Numbered from the stretch's first letter, positions 53,746 to 64,000 are shown. The stretch is 64,000 bases of DNA from Candidatus Micrarchaeota archaeon (GCA_018812715.1 JAHJCT010000030.1:23318-87317); one strand, 5' to 3'. A program made the numbers and translations. The notes: generated by a model from the sequence alone, not told the origin.

Positions 53746-55440
53746 ATGGAGTTCGACGAGCTACTTATCACCACCGGTGTTGACGCCTTGGTTAGACTTG
53801 TGAAGGAGAGGCAGAGGATCGAGCTTGACGAAGCGTCCTCGATTTTGAATATTCCTCTAGATACACTTGAAGATTGGTCACGTGTACTTGAAGAGGAGGG
53901 TATTCTGAGGATAGAATACCGATTAACTCACATATATCTAATATGGGTAACCCCTACTGAAGAACAAATAGAAGAGGAGAAACACTCTTTCTATGAAGAA
54001 AAAGAGGATATAGAGAAAGAAGTAGATGGGGTAAAGGAAAGAATAAATAAAGAAACATGCGGTCTTGAAGAATTGCAACGATCATTTACTGATTTTTACA
54101 CAAAAACGTCTAGAAAAATAGAAGACCTCGAAAAAACCGTGTCGCCATTACCTGCTGGTAAAACGATATCAGACAACATGTTTTCGAAATATCAAGGAGA
54201 ATTAAGTCAAATGGATAAAGAACTAACAACCACAAAAGCATCACTCGAACAAATACGTAATGAGATCAAAGGATTGGGTGTTGAAAAAGAAAGCCCAAGC
54301 AAAGGCGTCATAGACAGAATGGAACAAATGAAAGAAGAATTAATTCAGTTGGAACAAGAAATGCAGAATATAAGCAGCAAGGCATCAAAAGAAAAAATAT
54401 CTGAAGATGTAAAAATGCCATCAGTGGACGACATCAAGAAAAAGTTTGAGAGCATAAAAAAGGATTTTGCAGACATGCGTTCCAGAAATGCAAAATTAAG
54501 AGAAGAAATGATGGATCTTCATGAGAGTTCAGAAATACTTAGTACTGTTGCAGAATCCATAATGGGACAAGAAGAAAAAATTGGAGGCTTGCAGAATGAA
54601 GTGAATGAAACTGCTAAAGAGACGGAAAAATTAGTAGATAAAATAAAGAAATTAGATACCCAAATGAAGCAGAATGTCGATGTTGTAGAAAGACTTGGAG
54701 AATCAGTTACTGTCGCAAAAAATGTTCTCAAAAAATTCCCGAACCAAAAGAAAGTGCTTGGAGAACTCGATGAATTGAGTAAAGAAGAAAAGAAAGTACT
54801 TGAGCAAACAGAATCACTTGGAAAATTATTGGATGCAGTTGGAGGAAGACAAGTTACTGCAAAGCAATTTGCAGATATTTCTAAAAAAATGGAAACAAAA
54901 GTTTTCCAAATGAAAAAGGACATAGAAATTTTAGAATCTGCTCTTGAAGATGAAAAATCAACATATCTTACCTTCCAAAAAATAAAAGAGCGGATTGTAC
55001 CATCAATTGAATCATACCGCACAAAGCTTGAAGAGATGGATGCAAAAATAGCAAGCATACGGGGTGCAGCAGCTAGTGAAAAACAAAATCTGCAAATTGA
55101 TACCAAGAATCTTCAGGAACAATTGAAAGGAGGACAAATGCAGGGGATACTTAAGGTTGCAGAAGAAATAAGAGAAAAGAAAAAAATATTGGACGAGATA
55201 AAAAATTCTTTAGACGATCTTGTCGCAATGTCTGAAAATCTAAATAAAAGAGTAGTGCTCCTCTCAAGAGAAGCAAAACTTCTCCAGATAAGAAGTGGTA
55301 ATGGTACTCCTGAACCAGCAACAGAAGAAAAGAAGGAGGCAATTCGCCATGAACTTCAGTTGAGTAAAGAAGAGGAAATGGAATTTAGAATGAAGAGAGA
55401 AGAGCTCAAGAAATTGATAAAAACATTGTGGGAGTCTTAG
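53746..55440 (+). CDS. Coiled-coil protein with N-terminal winged-helix-like domain
   Basis: N-terminus resembles the modules of the 52297..53685 protein. The remaining roughly 480 aa are heptad-rich and E/K-rich. Confidence 0.6.
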   Translation: MEFDELLITTGVDALVRLVKERQRIELDEASSILNIPLDTLEDWSRVLEEEGILRIEYRLTHIYLIWVTPTEEQIEEEKHSFYEEKEDIEKEVDGVKERINKETCGLEELQRSFTDFYTKTSRKIEDLEKTVSPLPAGKTISDNMFSKYQGELSQMDKELTTTKASLEQIRNEIKGLGVEKESPSKGVIDRMEQMKEELIQLEQEMQNISSKASKEKISEDVKMPSVDDIKKKFESIKKDFADMRSRNAKLREEMMDLHESSEILSTVAESIMGQEEKIGGLQNEVNETAKETEKLVDKIKKLDTQMKQNVDVVERLGESVTVAKNVLKKFPNQKKVLGELDELSKEEKKVLEQTESLGKLLDAVGGRQVTAKQFADISKKMETKVFQMKKDIEILESALEDEKSTYLTFQKIKERIVPSIESYRTKLEEMDAKIASIRGAAASEKQNLQIDTKNLQEQLKGGQMQGILKVAEEIREKKKILDEIKNSLDDLVAMSENLNKRVVLLSREAKLLQIRSGNGTPEPATEEKKEAIRHELQLSKEEEMEFRMKREELKKLIKTLWES

Positions 55441-56970
55441 ATGGTGATAAATATGGCAAAAGAACAAGAAGAAAAGAAGGAAAGAATTTCACTCATTGCA
55501 GCATATGGATTTAACAGCGAAGGTCTTCCAGTTGAAGTTAAAATTTACAGAAGGCCGAATGATTTTGTGCCGGCTTATGAAGTAACTATTCCTGGAATAG
55601 CAGAAGGCACCAAACTCATGCTTGAAACGAAGCTTAAGGGAGAACTTGTCACAGAGGTAAAACTCGACATAAGTGAGATATTAGATCCGAAAAAATTCGA
55701 AGAAGTAAAGGCAAAATTCCTTGCTGCTGCAAATAGAATACTGCAACGCAACTTTCCATCTTTAACTGAAGACAAAAAAAATGTCTTGGCAGTTTATCTT
55801 CTCCAGAAAACACTTGGGCTCGGGGAAATGGAGGCCCTTTTAGCAGATGAACAGCTGGAAGAAGTAGTAGTAAACAATGCACAGGAACCAGTATGGATAT
55901 ATCATAAGAAATTTGGTTGGTGTAAAACAAATCTAAAGCTCAAGAATGAAAGTGTAGTATATGATTATGCATCTATGATAGCACGAAAGGTTGGTAGACA
56001 GATAAATGTTCTCACCCCAACACTTGATGCCCATCTGCCAAGTGGAGATCGTGTTAACGCAACATTATTTCCAATATCAGCCTTTGGTAATACTATTACT
56101 ATAAGAAAATTCTCCAGAAACCCATGGACAATGACGAGTTTCATTAAGTCAAAAACAGTATCAACAGATGTGGCAGCTTTGATATGGTTATGCATACAAA
56201 ATGAACTTTCATTACTAGTTACTGGTGGCACTGGAAGTGGAAAAACATCTTTCTTAAATGCAATGGCCGGATTAGTGCCAGCAAATCAGCGTATTGTAAG
56301 CATAGAAGATACAAGAGAGTTGACACTTCCATCATTTTTACATTGGGTGCCTACAGTAGTGCGAGAAGCAAACCCTGAGGGTAAGGGAGAAGTAACTATG
56401 CTTGATCTTATGGTAAATGCCCTTCGTCAGAGGCCAGACCGAATAATTGTAGGAGAAATAAGAAGGCAAAGGGAAGCAGAGGTTATGTTTGAGGCAATGC
56501 ACACTGGGCATAGTGTATATGCCACATTGCACGCAGACAATGCAGAGCAAACAATCTCAAGGCTTACAAACCCACCGATAAATATTCCCCATGAAATGTT
56601 GGATGCTCTTGCTGGCATAGTTGTTACATTTAGACATAGAAGATTCAATATAAGAAGAGTGCTCGAATTTGCCGAGATGACAAAAAAAGGTGAACCAAAT
56701 GTTCTTTATCGTTGGGATGTAAAAAGCGATAAAACAAAGGGCGTTGGTAAGATGTCTACACTTGCAGACACACTTTCACTTTATGCTGGTATGAGTCCAA
56801 AAGAAATAGACCAGGATGTAAGTGAAAAAACAGAAGTGCTTGAGTGGATGGTCAAAAAAGGATATAGTGAAGTAGATGAAGTAGGAAGAATAGTGGCACA
56901 TTATTATCTGAATGCAGAAGATGTAATAGATGCAGCAAAGAAAAATAAAGATTGGGAATTTAAGGTGTAG
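55441..56970 (+). CDS. Type II/IV secretion-system ATPase (FlaI/PilB/TadA-like)
   Basis: Walker A VTGGTGSGKTSFLN, Asp box IVSIEDTRELTLP, Walker B RPDRIIVGEIR, His box GHSVYATLHA. Confidence 0.88.
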   Translation: MVINMAKEQEEKKERISLIAAYGFNSEGLPVEVKIYRRPNDFVPAYEVTIPGIAEGTKLMLETKLKGELVTEVKLDISEILDPKKFEEVKAKFLAAANRILQRNFPSLTEDKKNVLAVYLLQKTLGLGEMEALLADEQLEEVVVNNAQEPVWIYHKKFGWCKTNLKLKNESVVYDYASMIARKVGRQINVLTPTLDAHLPSGDRVNATLFPISAFGNTITIRKFSRNPWTMTSFIKSKTVSTDVAALIWLCIQNELSLLVTGGTGSGKTSFLNAMAGLVPANQRIVSIEDTRELTLPSFLHWVPTVVREANPEGKGEVTMLDLMVNALRQRPDRIIVGEIRRQREAEVMFEAMHTGHSVYATLHADNAEQTISRLTNPPINIPHEMLDALAGIVVTFRHRRFNIRRVLEFAEMTKKGEPNVLYRWDVKSDKTKGVGKMSTLADTLSLYAGMSPKEIDQDVSEKTEVLEWMVKKGYSEVDEVGRIVAHYYLNAEDVIDAAKKNKDWEFKV

Positions 56971-56972
56971 GC

Positions 56973-58379
56973 ATGGCCAATGAGGGATTTGAAGCAGCAG
57001 TAACGGAAGCCAGGATACTGGAAAAAAAATTATTAGATTATAGTGCATATGATGGAGAGATAAATATAGAAAAATCCCTTGATCCGGAACCAGCCGAATA
57101 TATAGAACTTGATTATAATGGTTTAATTAATATATATCAGCGCACCCAAAAGATAATCAGTACAGCTGAATTAGGAATACTTGCAGAAAAAGGTGAAGAA
57201 GTAAAAGTAAGCGTCCAGAGTCAACAAGTAGAGATGAAGTTAAAGGAAATGACAACAGAAACACTCAAAGAAGCTGAAGAAATAGCAAAAGAACCAAGTA
57301 TAGAAGAAAGAGAGATCATTACACCTAAAGAAGAAATAGAAATCGAAACAATGGGAGCACCTGTGGAAAAAGAAGTAGAGATACCATTTAAGGAAGAGGA
57401 GAAGCCAGCAGAAGTAAAGGCACCAGCTCCAGAAAAGAAACCAATAGTGGTGCCGCCAACATTAGTAGAGAGCGCAGATGAGGCAGCTGAAAAGAGATAT
57501 CGAAGTATTGAAGAACAGATCGCAAGCACACTTGGGGAAGGGGCAGATGAACTAACCTTAAAGAAAAAGATGCTTGAACTCACAAAACAACTTTTCAAGG
57601 AGAAAACAGTAAGTAAACGAGAGGAGATAAAATTACAAGTAAAAGTTCTCAAAAATATGCTTATTGCAGCACGTGGAGGCGGAAAGAAAAGAAAAGAAGC
57701 AACCCAAACACAATTTGATGCTTTGTTAGCTGAACAGCAAGAAGATTTAGCACACACAAAAGGTAGAATGATAGATGATTATCATAAGGGAATGATAAAA
57801 ATCAAAGATCAGTTCTATGAAAAGATGTCAACAACTGAAGAACACGAAGAAAGAACAAAAATATTCGAAGAATTTTCTGAGTCAATTACTGCATTGATAG
57901 GGGAACTTCCAGCTAGCATTGAAAAAGAAAAAGAATATTTATCACAAAAGCATACAAGTGAGATGCAAAAATTATTAGACGTACTGGGTAGTAAAGAGAA
58001 AACTCTGCGCAAAAAAGTAGAAGAACGGATAGATTATATTAAGCAGGAATATGAAGAAGAATTCTCTATGGTGAAACATATTGTTGGCAGAGAAATAGAG
58101 AGTATGATAGAAGTGGCGGGAGCAGAAATAACACCAAAACCTGTAGAAAAAGGAAAAAAGAAAGCTGAGCCAACAGAGATAGTAAAGGAAATAAATGAAA
58201 CTGATGAGGGAACTATGTTGTATTTCCTTCATTCGAACGAACCCGAATATTATAAAAAGTATGAACGTAAGCAGATATCAAGAGCTGAAGCGATTTTCAA
58301 GGCAAAGGAGCTGATGGCAAAGGAGAAAGGATTAAGTGATAACATGATAAGAAAATACTTCAGCGGAAAGGAGGACTGA
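56973..58379 (+). CDS. Glu/Lys-rich coiled-coil protein
   Basis: ORF between the ATPase and platform genes; low-complexity helical composition. Confidence 0.55.
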   Translation: MANEGFEAAVTEARILEKKLLDYSAYDGEINIEKSLDPEPAEYIELDYNGLINIYQRTQKIISTAELGILAEKGEEVKVSVQSQQVEMKLKEMTTETLKEAEEIAKEPSIEEREIITPKEEIEIETMGAPVEKEVEIPFKEEEKPAEVKAPAPEKKPIVVPPTLVESADEAAEKRYRSIEEQIASTLGEGADELTLKKKMLELTKQLFKEKTVSKREEIKLQVKVLKNMLIAARGGGKKRKEATQTQFDALLAEQQEDLAHTKGRMIDDYHKGMIKIKDQFYEKMSTTEEHEERTKIFEEFSESITALIGELPASIEKEKEYLSQKHTSEMQKLLDVLGSKEKTLRKKVEERIDYIKQEYEEEFSMVKHIVGREIESMIEVAGAEITPKPVEKGKKKAEPTEIVKEINETDEGTMLYFLHSNEPEYYKKYERKQISRAEAIFKAKELMAKEKGLSDNMIRKYFSGKED

Positions 58380-58380
58380 A

Positions 58381-59262
58381 ATGGCCGTAAAAAAAGAAGG
58401 AAAAAAAGGAGGATTAACTTCAATTGCAGAGGTAGTAGGTTCCCATTTCCCAGACCTCAAAAAGAAACTCCTTCTTGCTGGAATGGAAGATAAGCCTATC
58501 GATTTTCTTGAAAAGGTAGTTTACTCGACATGCTTAATATCTGTTGGGCTACTCATTCTTGTATACCTCTTTCTGGCGGAAAGCCTGGCATTTAATTTGG
58601 ATAATGACTTGCTTCTTTTCGCCTTTATGGTGCTAGCACCACTTGTTTTTGTACCACTAATAATATTTTCATATTTAATGCTCTACCCAGATGCAATGCG
58701 TATGAGGAGACAAAGAGAACTTGATTATGAGATAGTTTTTGCAGGAAGGCATATTGTAATAGCACTAAAATCAGGAATGCCTCTCTTTGATACATTTGTT
58801 GGCGCATCAACTGGTTATGGTGCAGTTAGCTCTGAATTTGCTAAAATAGTAGACAGAGTAGTGCTTGGTGTTCCTATAACTCAGGCCATAAGAGAAGTTG
58901 TCTATTATAATCCATCAAAATATTTCACAAGAATGATGATGCAAATAGCAAATGCACTTGGCAGTGGAGCAGATGTTGGAGATTCTCTTGAAGGTGTGCT
59001 TGACCAGATATCAAAAGAACAGATGATTGCTTTGAAAGAGTATAGTCAAAAACTCACACCAATAGTTATGTTCTACATGGTGTTTGGCATAATAGTTCCC
59101 TCTCTTGGTATAGTGCTTGCAACAGTTATTTTCTCTGCTATAAGCGGCGGTACATACGGATTTTCTTCAGGGATTCTTGTAATAACTTTATTCATAATAG
59201 GTTTAGTACAGTTCTTGTTCCTGGGATTCGTAGAAAGCTCAAGACCAAAATATCTTATATAG
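58381..59262 (+). CDS. T2SS-F family pilus platform membrane protein (TadB/FlaJ-like)
   Basis: TM helices flanking a cytoplasmic T2SSF-like domain (ALKSGMPLFDTF...GVPITQAI...ALGSGADVGDSLEGV). Confidence 0.65.
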   Translation: MAVKKEGKKGGLTSIAEVVGSHFPDLKKKLLLAGMEDKPIDFLEKVVYSTCLISVGLLILVYLFLAESLAFNLDNDLLLFAFMVLAPLVFVPLIIFSYLMLYPDAMRMRRQRELDYEIVFAGRHIVIALKSGMPLFDTFVGASTGYGAVSSEFAKIVDRVVLGVPITQAIREVVYYNPSKYFTRMMMQIANALGSGADVGDSLEGVLDQISKEQMIALKEYSQKLTPIVMFYMVFGIIVPSLGIVLATVIFSAISGGTYGFSSGILVITLFIIGLVQFLFLGFVESSRPKYLI

Positions 59263-59271
59263 GTGGATGAA

Positions 59272-60333
59272 ATGGCAAATGATAATATGTTTGAAACTGT
59301 CGGAAGGCTTTTCTTCACAAGAGAAAGGATAAGAAATTTGGAGAAACAGCTAAACACGGCAGGCGTCAACATTCCAGCCGACTCCTTTGCAGGATATGTA
59401 GCAATGAATTTGATTGTTGTTACTATTTTCCTTACACTTTTCCTTGTGTTGTTCCAGCCTTTGAATGAAATAATTGAGAAATTCTTATCTGATTTCAATA
59501 TTCCAGTGCCATTAGTTATTCTATTAATATTAATCTTATCATTCATAGTAGTTTATTTAACAACCACGACGTTGATATCTGCATATTTGCTAATGAAAGC
59601 AGATGACCGTAGAAATAAACTTGAGGACACACTGCCCGACTTTCTTACTTTAGTAGCTTCAAACATAAAAGCTGGCATGACCCTTGATCAGGCAATGTGG
59701 TACTCAGCAAAACCAGAGTTTGGTCTTTTATCAACAGAAGTAAAAGCTAATATAAAGAGTTCATTTAGTGGTGAAAGTTTAGAGGATACGCTGGATGTAC
59801 TTGGATCAAGATTTGATTCAAAAGTTTTCAAAAGAACGATATTATTGCTTAAACAGGCTACTGCAACTGGTGGTGAACTAACAAATGTATTGGAACGCAC
59901 CGCCGATGACGTAAGAAACACAATAATAATGAAAAAGGAAATTGCAGCAACGCTGGTGCTATATGAAATATTTATTTTGTTTGCAGCAATAATTGGAACT
60001 CCATTCCTTTTTGCAGTTGCTTTAAAATTGATTGAAATTTTTGAAAGAATATCGCCACAAGCAGGTAGTGTACCTGGATCGGCAGGGGGAGTATTTACAA
60101 CTTTCTCAAATGTTCAGTTCTCAGGTCCAGTAATAACTTCAGCAGATTTCTTCTGGTTCAGTATTCCAACAATATTTGTAACCGCGCTTATCTCATCATT
60201 TATTGTTAGTATTATAAGGACTGGATCAAAAAGCCAAGGAATGAAGTATTTCCCAGTGGTCCTTGTGCTTTCATATTTAGTATATTGGTTTGTTATAAAT
60301 GCAGTAGAAACATTCTTTGCTACCATTGCGTAG
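59272..60333 (+). CDS. T2SS-F family pilus platform membrane protein (TadC/FlaJ-like)
   Basis: T2SSF-like domain (NIKAGMTLDQAM...SGESLEDTL...ATGGELTNVLERTADDV). ATG 59272 is preceded by GGTGG (tracked GTG start at 59263). Confidence 0.65.
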   Translation: MANDNMFETVGRLFFTRERIRNLEKQLNTAGVNIPADSFAGYVAMNLIVVTIFLTLFLVLFQPLNEIIEKFLSDFNIPVPLVILLILILSFIVVYLTTTTLISAYLLMKADDRRNKLEDTLPDFLTLVASNIKAGMTLDQAMWYSAKPEFGLLSTEVKANIKSSFSGESLEDTLDVLGSRFDSKVFKRTILLLKQATATGGELTNVLERTADDVRNTIIMKKEIAATLVLYEIFILFAAIIGTPFLFAVALKLIEIFERISPQAGSVPGSAGGVFTTFSNVQFSGPVITSADFFWFSIPTIFVTALISSFIVSIIRTGSKSQGMKYFPVVLVLSYLVYWFVINAVETFFATIA

Positions 60334-60342
60334 GGGATTTAT

Positions 60343-60897
60343 ATGAAAAAAGGATATAAGAAAGGACAAGCAGTTATGGAGTATTTAATCACCTATGGAC
60401 TAGCTCTTTTTGTCATATTGGTGGTGCTTGCAATTCTTGTTGCTGTAGTACTTCCATCTTTAAGAGCGCCAGAAACGTGTCAGTTTACCCAGCCAGGGTT
60501 TACATGCAATCAAAAAGCACATGTTATTGTTACTGATGCGTCCAATAATGTGAGGATATTACTTCAACTGGATAATGGACAAGGTAAGGCAATAACATTG
60601 ACAGGAATCTCTTGTGTGACGAGTTCAACTGGAAACGTAGAGAAAAGTAATGTTGAACCACTTGCTTCAGCAGTATTGATGGCTGCCGGAGAAAGTGTAA
60701 CTGTAGGTGACCCATTGGAATCTGATATCACTATCGAAGTTCCGTGTAAAAATGAGGATGGGACAACGACGGTTCTTTCAGCTAACTCCAATTACAAAGG
60801 AGCAATAGGCATAACCTACAGATACCAAGATGATGTTCCAGGAGCTCCAGAAAGGCTTGCAGTAGCGACAGTTACTGGAACAGTGCAAGCAGAATAA
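60343..60897 (+). CDS. Type IV pilin-like protein (class III signal peptide)
   Basis: MKKGYKKG|QAVMEYLITYGLALFVILVVLAIL: basic leader, Gly at -1, Glu at +5, hydrophobic helix; last gene of the pilus operon. Confidence 0.65.
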   Translation: MKKGYKKGQAVMEYLITYGLALFVILVVLAILVAVVLPSLRAPETCQFTQPGFTCNQKAHVIVTDASNNVRILLQLDNGQGKAITLTGISCVTSSTGNVEKSNVEPLASAVLMAAGESVTVGDPLESDITIEVPCKNEDGTTTVLSANSNYKGAIGITYRYQDDVPGAPERLAVATVTGTVQAE

Positions 60898-62085
60898 TTA
60901 ACTTCCATATTTTTCTGCACGTTCGGTAATATTGAGGATAAGGGGGATAACCTCTTTTCCTTTGATATGACCAAGTCCGCCACTGGCACAACTTATTTCA
61001 TCGAATTTTTTAACATGATCTTTTCTTTCGCCGCCATAAACAAGAATTGGTACTTCATGGCCAGTGTGTTGTTTTCTACTTACCGGTGTTGAATGGTCGC
61101 CAGTTATAACGATACATGCACCAGTTTTTTCCAGAATAGGGATAACCTTATCTATACGTTCGAGCATTTTCTTCTTTGCATCAAAGTTTCCATCATGACC
61201 AGCACTATCACAACCCTTCACATGCATAAAGACAAAATCATAATGATCAAGGGATTTTGCAGCTGTTTCTGCTTTGGCCTTAACATCTGATTTTAGATCT
61301 GCTGTAGCGCCAGGAACAATAGCAACATCCATTCTCAAATAAGCAGCAACTCCTTTGTAGAGTGCCCCACCAGCTATGCATATGCCATGAAGTCCAAATC
61401 GATCAAAGAAAGACGGTACTTGGCTATATGTCCCTGCACCGCGTAGAAGAAGAATATTTGCAGGTTTTTCTCGATCTTTATTTGTTGGAGCGCTTGCAAG
61501 CCATCCGCGAGCTACTTCTGTGAACTTATTGACTATATCTGCAGTTCTTTTAGCCTCCCGACTATCATCAAGAGGATAACAAAAATGTACTTCACCTGTG
61601 GAATGTGGATCAGTGTCTGATATGTTGCTACTAAGATTTGGTCCTCGCAGCACAAGAACACCACGATGTTCAACAGAATTTCTGAATATGGCTTCTACAT
61701 TCCCTATTCTTAATGAAAGACCTTTTGAAAGAATAGAAGCAGTTTCAGTGTCTATTCTGCCCGCACGCCTATCGATTATTTTGTTGCCTTTTACAGTGGC
61801 AAAATTAGCCCTAAATGCAACATCCCCTTCATTTAATTCAATTCCAACACCCAATGCCTCAAATGGCCCCCGACCGCAGTAAAATATGGTAGGATCATAA
61901 CCAAGAATGTTAAGATGAGAGGTATCGCTTCCGGGAACCAAATATCTCTTGACAGGACTAAGCATACCGGTTATGCCATTTTTTGCAAGCCTATCAAGAT
62001 TTGGTGTTTTTGCAGCTTGTAATGGCGTTTTAGGGGTAGGGAGATCACCAAGTCCGTCTATAATAAGAAGAATTGCTTTTCTCAT
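60898..62085 (-). CDS. apgM: 2,3-bisphosphoglycerate-independent phosphoglycerate mutase, archaeal ApgM type
   Basis: LLIIDGLGD, GSDTSHLNILGYDP and ITGDHSTP motifs. Confidence 0.88.
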   Translation of the reverse strand: MRKAILLIIDGLGDLPTPKTPLQAAKTPNLDRLAKNGITGMLSPVKRYLVPGSDTSHLNILGYDPTIFYCGRGPFEALGVGIELNEGDVAFRANFATVKGNKIIDRRAGRIDTETASILSKGLSLRIGNVEAIFRNSVEHRGVLVLRGPNLSSNISDTDPHSTGEVHFCYPLDDSREAKRTADIVNKFTEVARGWLASAPTNKDREKPANILLLRGAGTYSQVPSFFDRFGLHGICIAGGALYKGVAAYLRMDVAIVPGATADLKSDVKAKAETAAKSLDHYDFVFMHVKGCDSAGHDGNFDAKKKMLERIDKVIPILEKTGACIVITGDHSTPVSRKQHTGHEVPILVYGGERKDHVKKFDEISCASGGLGHIKGKEVIPLILNITERAEKYGS

Positions 62086-62236
62086 GCTTCACAGTAGTAA
62101 AAAAGATATAAAAGTCTTGGTGTTTCAGATTAGCAATATAAGTAAAATACTAATCTCAATTTTCCATTTTTCATAATAAATAGCTTTATTAATATCAAAG
62201 CAGAAAGGGAATTCCACTATTTTTGTCGTGGTTATT

Positions 62237-64000
62237 ATGGACGTCGACTTATCAGCACAGGTAGCTGCATTCACCGATTTTTTCACAAACATCTACAATG
62301 CAAAGATAGATGAATTATTGCAGAAATATCCAACAAAAAGAAGCTTATATCTAGATTATACTGATTTGGAGAAATTTGATCCAGAAATGGCAGATATGCT
62401 GATAAAAGCGCCAGATATTATGTTGGAGGCAGCAGAAGAGGCCATTAAGCAGCTTAATTTTACTGTTACTGCAGGAAAAAAGTTTGAACCACATATAAGG
62501 GTAATGACGATGCCTGCAGAAGAGGCATTTATTGAACAACTTGGATCCAAAAATATAAACGAACTCGTGGCTTTCAAATGTGTTGTAACCAAAAGAGCAG
62601 AGATAATGCACCGCGTTAAAATTGCGATGTACAAATGCCAGCTCTGTGATACTGAAATCAGACTTATCGTAGGAAAAAATTTTACTCCGCCAAAACGATG
62701 TGAACAATGTAAGAAATATTCATTAGTTCAAATAAACGAAGAAAGTACATTTACAGATATACAAAAAGCAGAAGTGCAGGAATTATTGGAGCGCGTAAGG
62801 GGCGGCGCACCTGCAGCACACATAGAACTGCTTATGGAAGATGATCTGGTTAATACCGTTTCTCCTGGAGATAACATTGAAGTTACTGGAATACTTCGTC
62901 TCAAACCACCAATAAAAATGAGGCAAAAACAAGAATTGATCTACAGCAGATATATTGATGTTAATAGTGTCAAAAGTTTGAAAAAAGATTTCGAAGAAGT
63001 TGAAATAACAAAAGAAGATGAACGAAGAATCAAAGATCTTTCTAAAAGGCCAGATATTAAGGAAATTATTATACAATCAGTTGCTCCTTCTATTTATGGG
63101 CATTTGGAAGTAAAGAAAGCCCTTGCACTACAGCTTTTTGGCGGAACTAGGGGTAAGGTGATGAAGGGGGGAGCAGTAGCAAGAGATGATATTCATATTC
63201 TGCTTATCGGCGATCCTGGCATCGCCAAAACTCGTTGTCTTCAAAGTGTCTCTGAAATTGCACCAAAAAGTATCTATGTTAGTGGAAAAAGTGTCAGTGG
63301 AGCTGGCCTCACCGTTTCGGCAGAAAAAGACGAGCTTGGTGAAGGAGGTTGGACATTAAAAGCTGGTGCACTTGTTCTTGCAAGCGGTGGATGTGCTCAA
63401 GTTGATGAGTTTGACAAGATACAGGAAGAGGATAGGGCTGCACTTCACGAAGCAATGGAATCAGGAAGCATCTCAGTAGCAAAAGCAGGCATTGTAGCCA
63501 AATTCAGAACAAAAACAGCAATTCTTGCAGCAGCTAATCCAAAGTATGGAAGATTTGACCAGACAAAAAATCTTGCTGACCAGTTTGAAGTTCCACCAAC
63601 ATTGCTTTCACGTTTTGATTTAATCTTTCCAATAGTAGACGTTCTTGATGAAGAAAAAGATGCAAAACTAGCAGAACATATATTATCAAGTCATATGGGT
63701 AGGGAACAAAAAGAAGAGATAGAAACAATGGAAAAAGAACTTTTAACAAAATACATAGCTTATGCTAGAAGGAAGATTTCACCAAAACTTCTTCAAGCTG
63801 CATCTGAAAAAATAAAGGACTTCTATGTCGAATTGAGAAGAAAGAGTAAAGATGCAGGTGCTGTTGCTATAACTCCCAGATATCTGGAAGGGCTTGTAAG
63901 ATTGGCTGAGGCACATTCTAAGATGCGACTCAGTAAAACAGTAGACGAAGAAGATGCAGAAGTTGCCATTGAACTGTTTAATTATGTGATGAGACAGATT
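62237..64000 (+). CDS. mcm: MCM replicative helicase (partial; continues beyond the window)
   Basis: Open frame from ATG 62237 to the window end (588 codons, absent from the ORF track because it has no stop). Zinc motif CQLCD...CEQC, Walker A GDPGIAKT, Walker B VDEFDKI, arginine finger SRFDLIF. Confidence 0.92.
   Translation, partial: MDVDLSAQVAAFTDFFTNIYNAKIDELLQKYPTKRSLYLDYTDLEKFDPEMADMLIKAPDIMLEAAEEAIKQLNFTVTAGKKFEPHIRVMTMPAEEAFIEQLGSKNINELVAFKCVVTKRAEIMHRVKIAMYKCQLCDTEIRLIVGKNFTPPKRCEQCKKYSLVQINEESTFTDIQKAEVQELLERVRGGAPAAHIELLMEDDLVNTVSPGDNIEVTGILRLKPPIKMRQKQELIYSRYIDVNSVKSLKKDFEEVEITKEDERRIKDLSKRPDIKEIIIQSVAPSIYGHLEVKKALALQLFGGTRGKVMKGGAVARDDIHILLIGDPGIAKTRCLQSVSEIAPKSIYVSGKSVSGAGLTVSAEKDELGEGGWTLKAGALVLASGGCAQVDEFDKIQEEDRAALHEAMESGSISVAKAGIVAKFRTKTAILAAANPKYGRFDQTKNLADQFEVPPTLLSRFDLIFPIVDVLDEEKDAKLAEHILSSHMGREQKEEIETMEKELLTKYIAYARRKISPKLLQAASEKIKDFYVELRRKSKDAGAVAITPRYLEGLVRLAEAHSKMRLSKTVDEEDAEVAIELFNYVMRQI

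Noticed and set aside
62086-62236. A replication origin next to mcm
   Set aside because: I saw no repeated ORB-like elements or extended AT-rich unwinding tract beyond ordinary promoter sequence, and no orc1/cdc6 gene is adjacent.

Overview
AT-rich archaeal chromosome segment. Archaea-specific genes are present (L19e, L32e, S4e, S8e, Spt5, SecE, Trm1, Cbf5, Cgi121, MCM), and genes are compact and often overlap. It looks like a small-genome, DPANN-type archaeon, but that is inference only.

Contents:
1. 1.8-15.0 kb, minus strand: the complete L3-to-L15 ribosomal-protein supercluster plus SecY. It includes two small genes missing from the ORF track (S14 here, SecE at 27.6 kb).
2. 15-33.7 kb: housekeeping genes (DUF106/YidC-like, cmk, cbf5, thiI, glyA, mscS, spt5, ftsZ, rhomboid, PP2C, trm1, add, truD) interleaved with orphan genes.
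3. Two minus-strand tRNA genes, Ser-GGA and Gly-CCC. Each is interrupted by two introns, three of them at non-canonical positions (D-loop, T-loop).
4. 34.3-45.3 kb: the most unusual region, an 11-kb nested-repeat island. Two units start with the same promoter and the same MARGKQVE codons. They hold eight translationally coupled paralogous genes, together encoding 34 copies of a 56-aa repeat. The second unit opens with a 1053-aa SNF2-helicase/class-I SAM-methyltransferase fusion and ends with a 4x Myb/SANT-like HTH protein. I do not recognise this as any described system.
5. 50.9-52.3 kb: a tnpB-only IS200/IS605-type element with a perfect left-end palindrome.
6. 52.3-60.9 kb: a type IV pilus/Tad-like locus with coiled-coil and repeated winged-helix-like proteins.
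7. apgM and a 5'-partial-window MCM helicase gene that runs off the end of the window.

No CRISPR array, rRNA or reverse transcriptase was seen.
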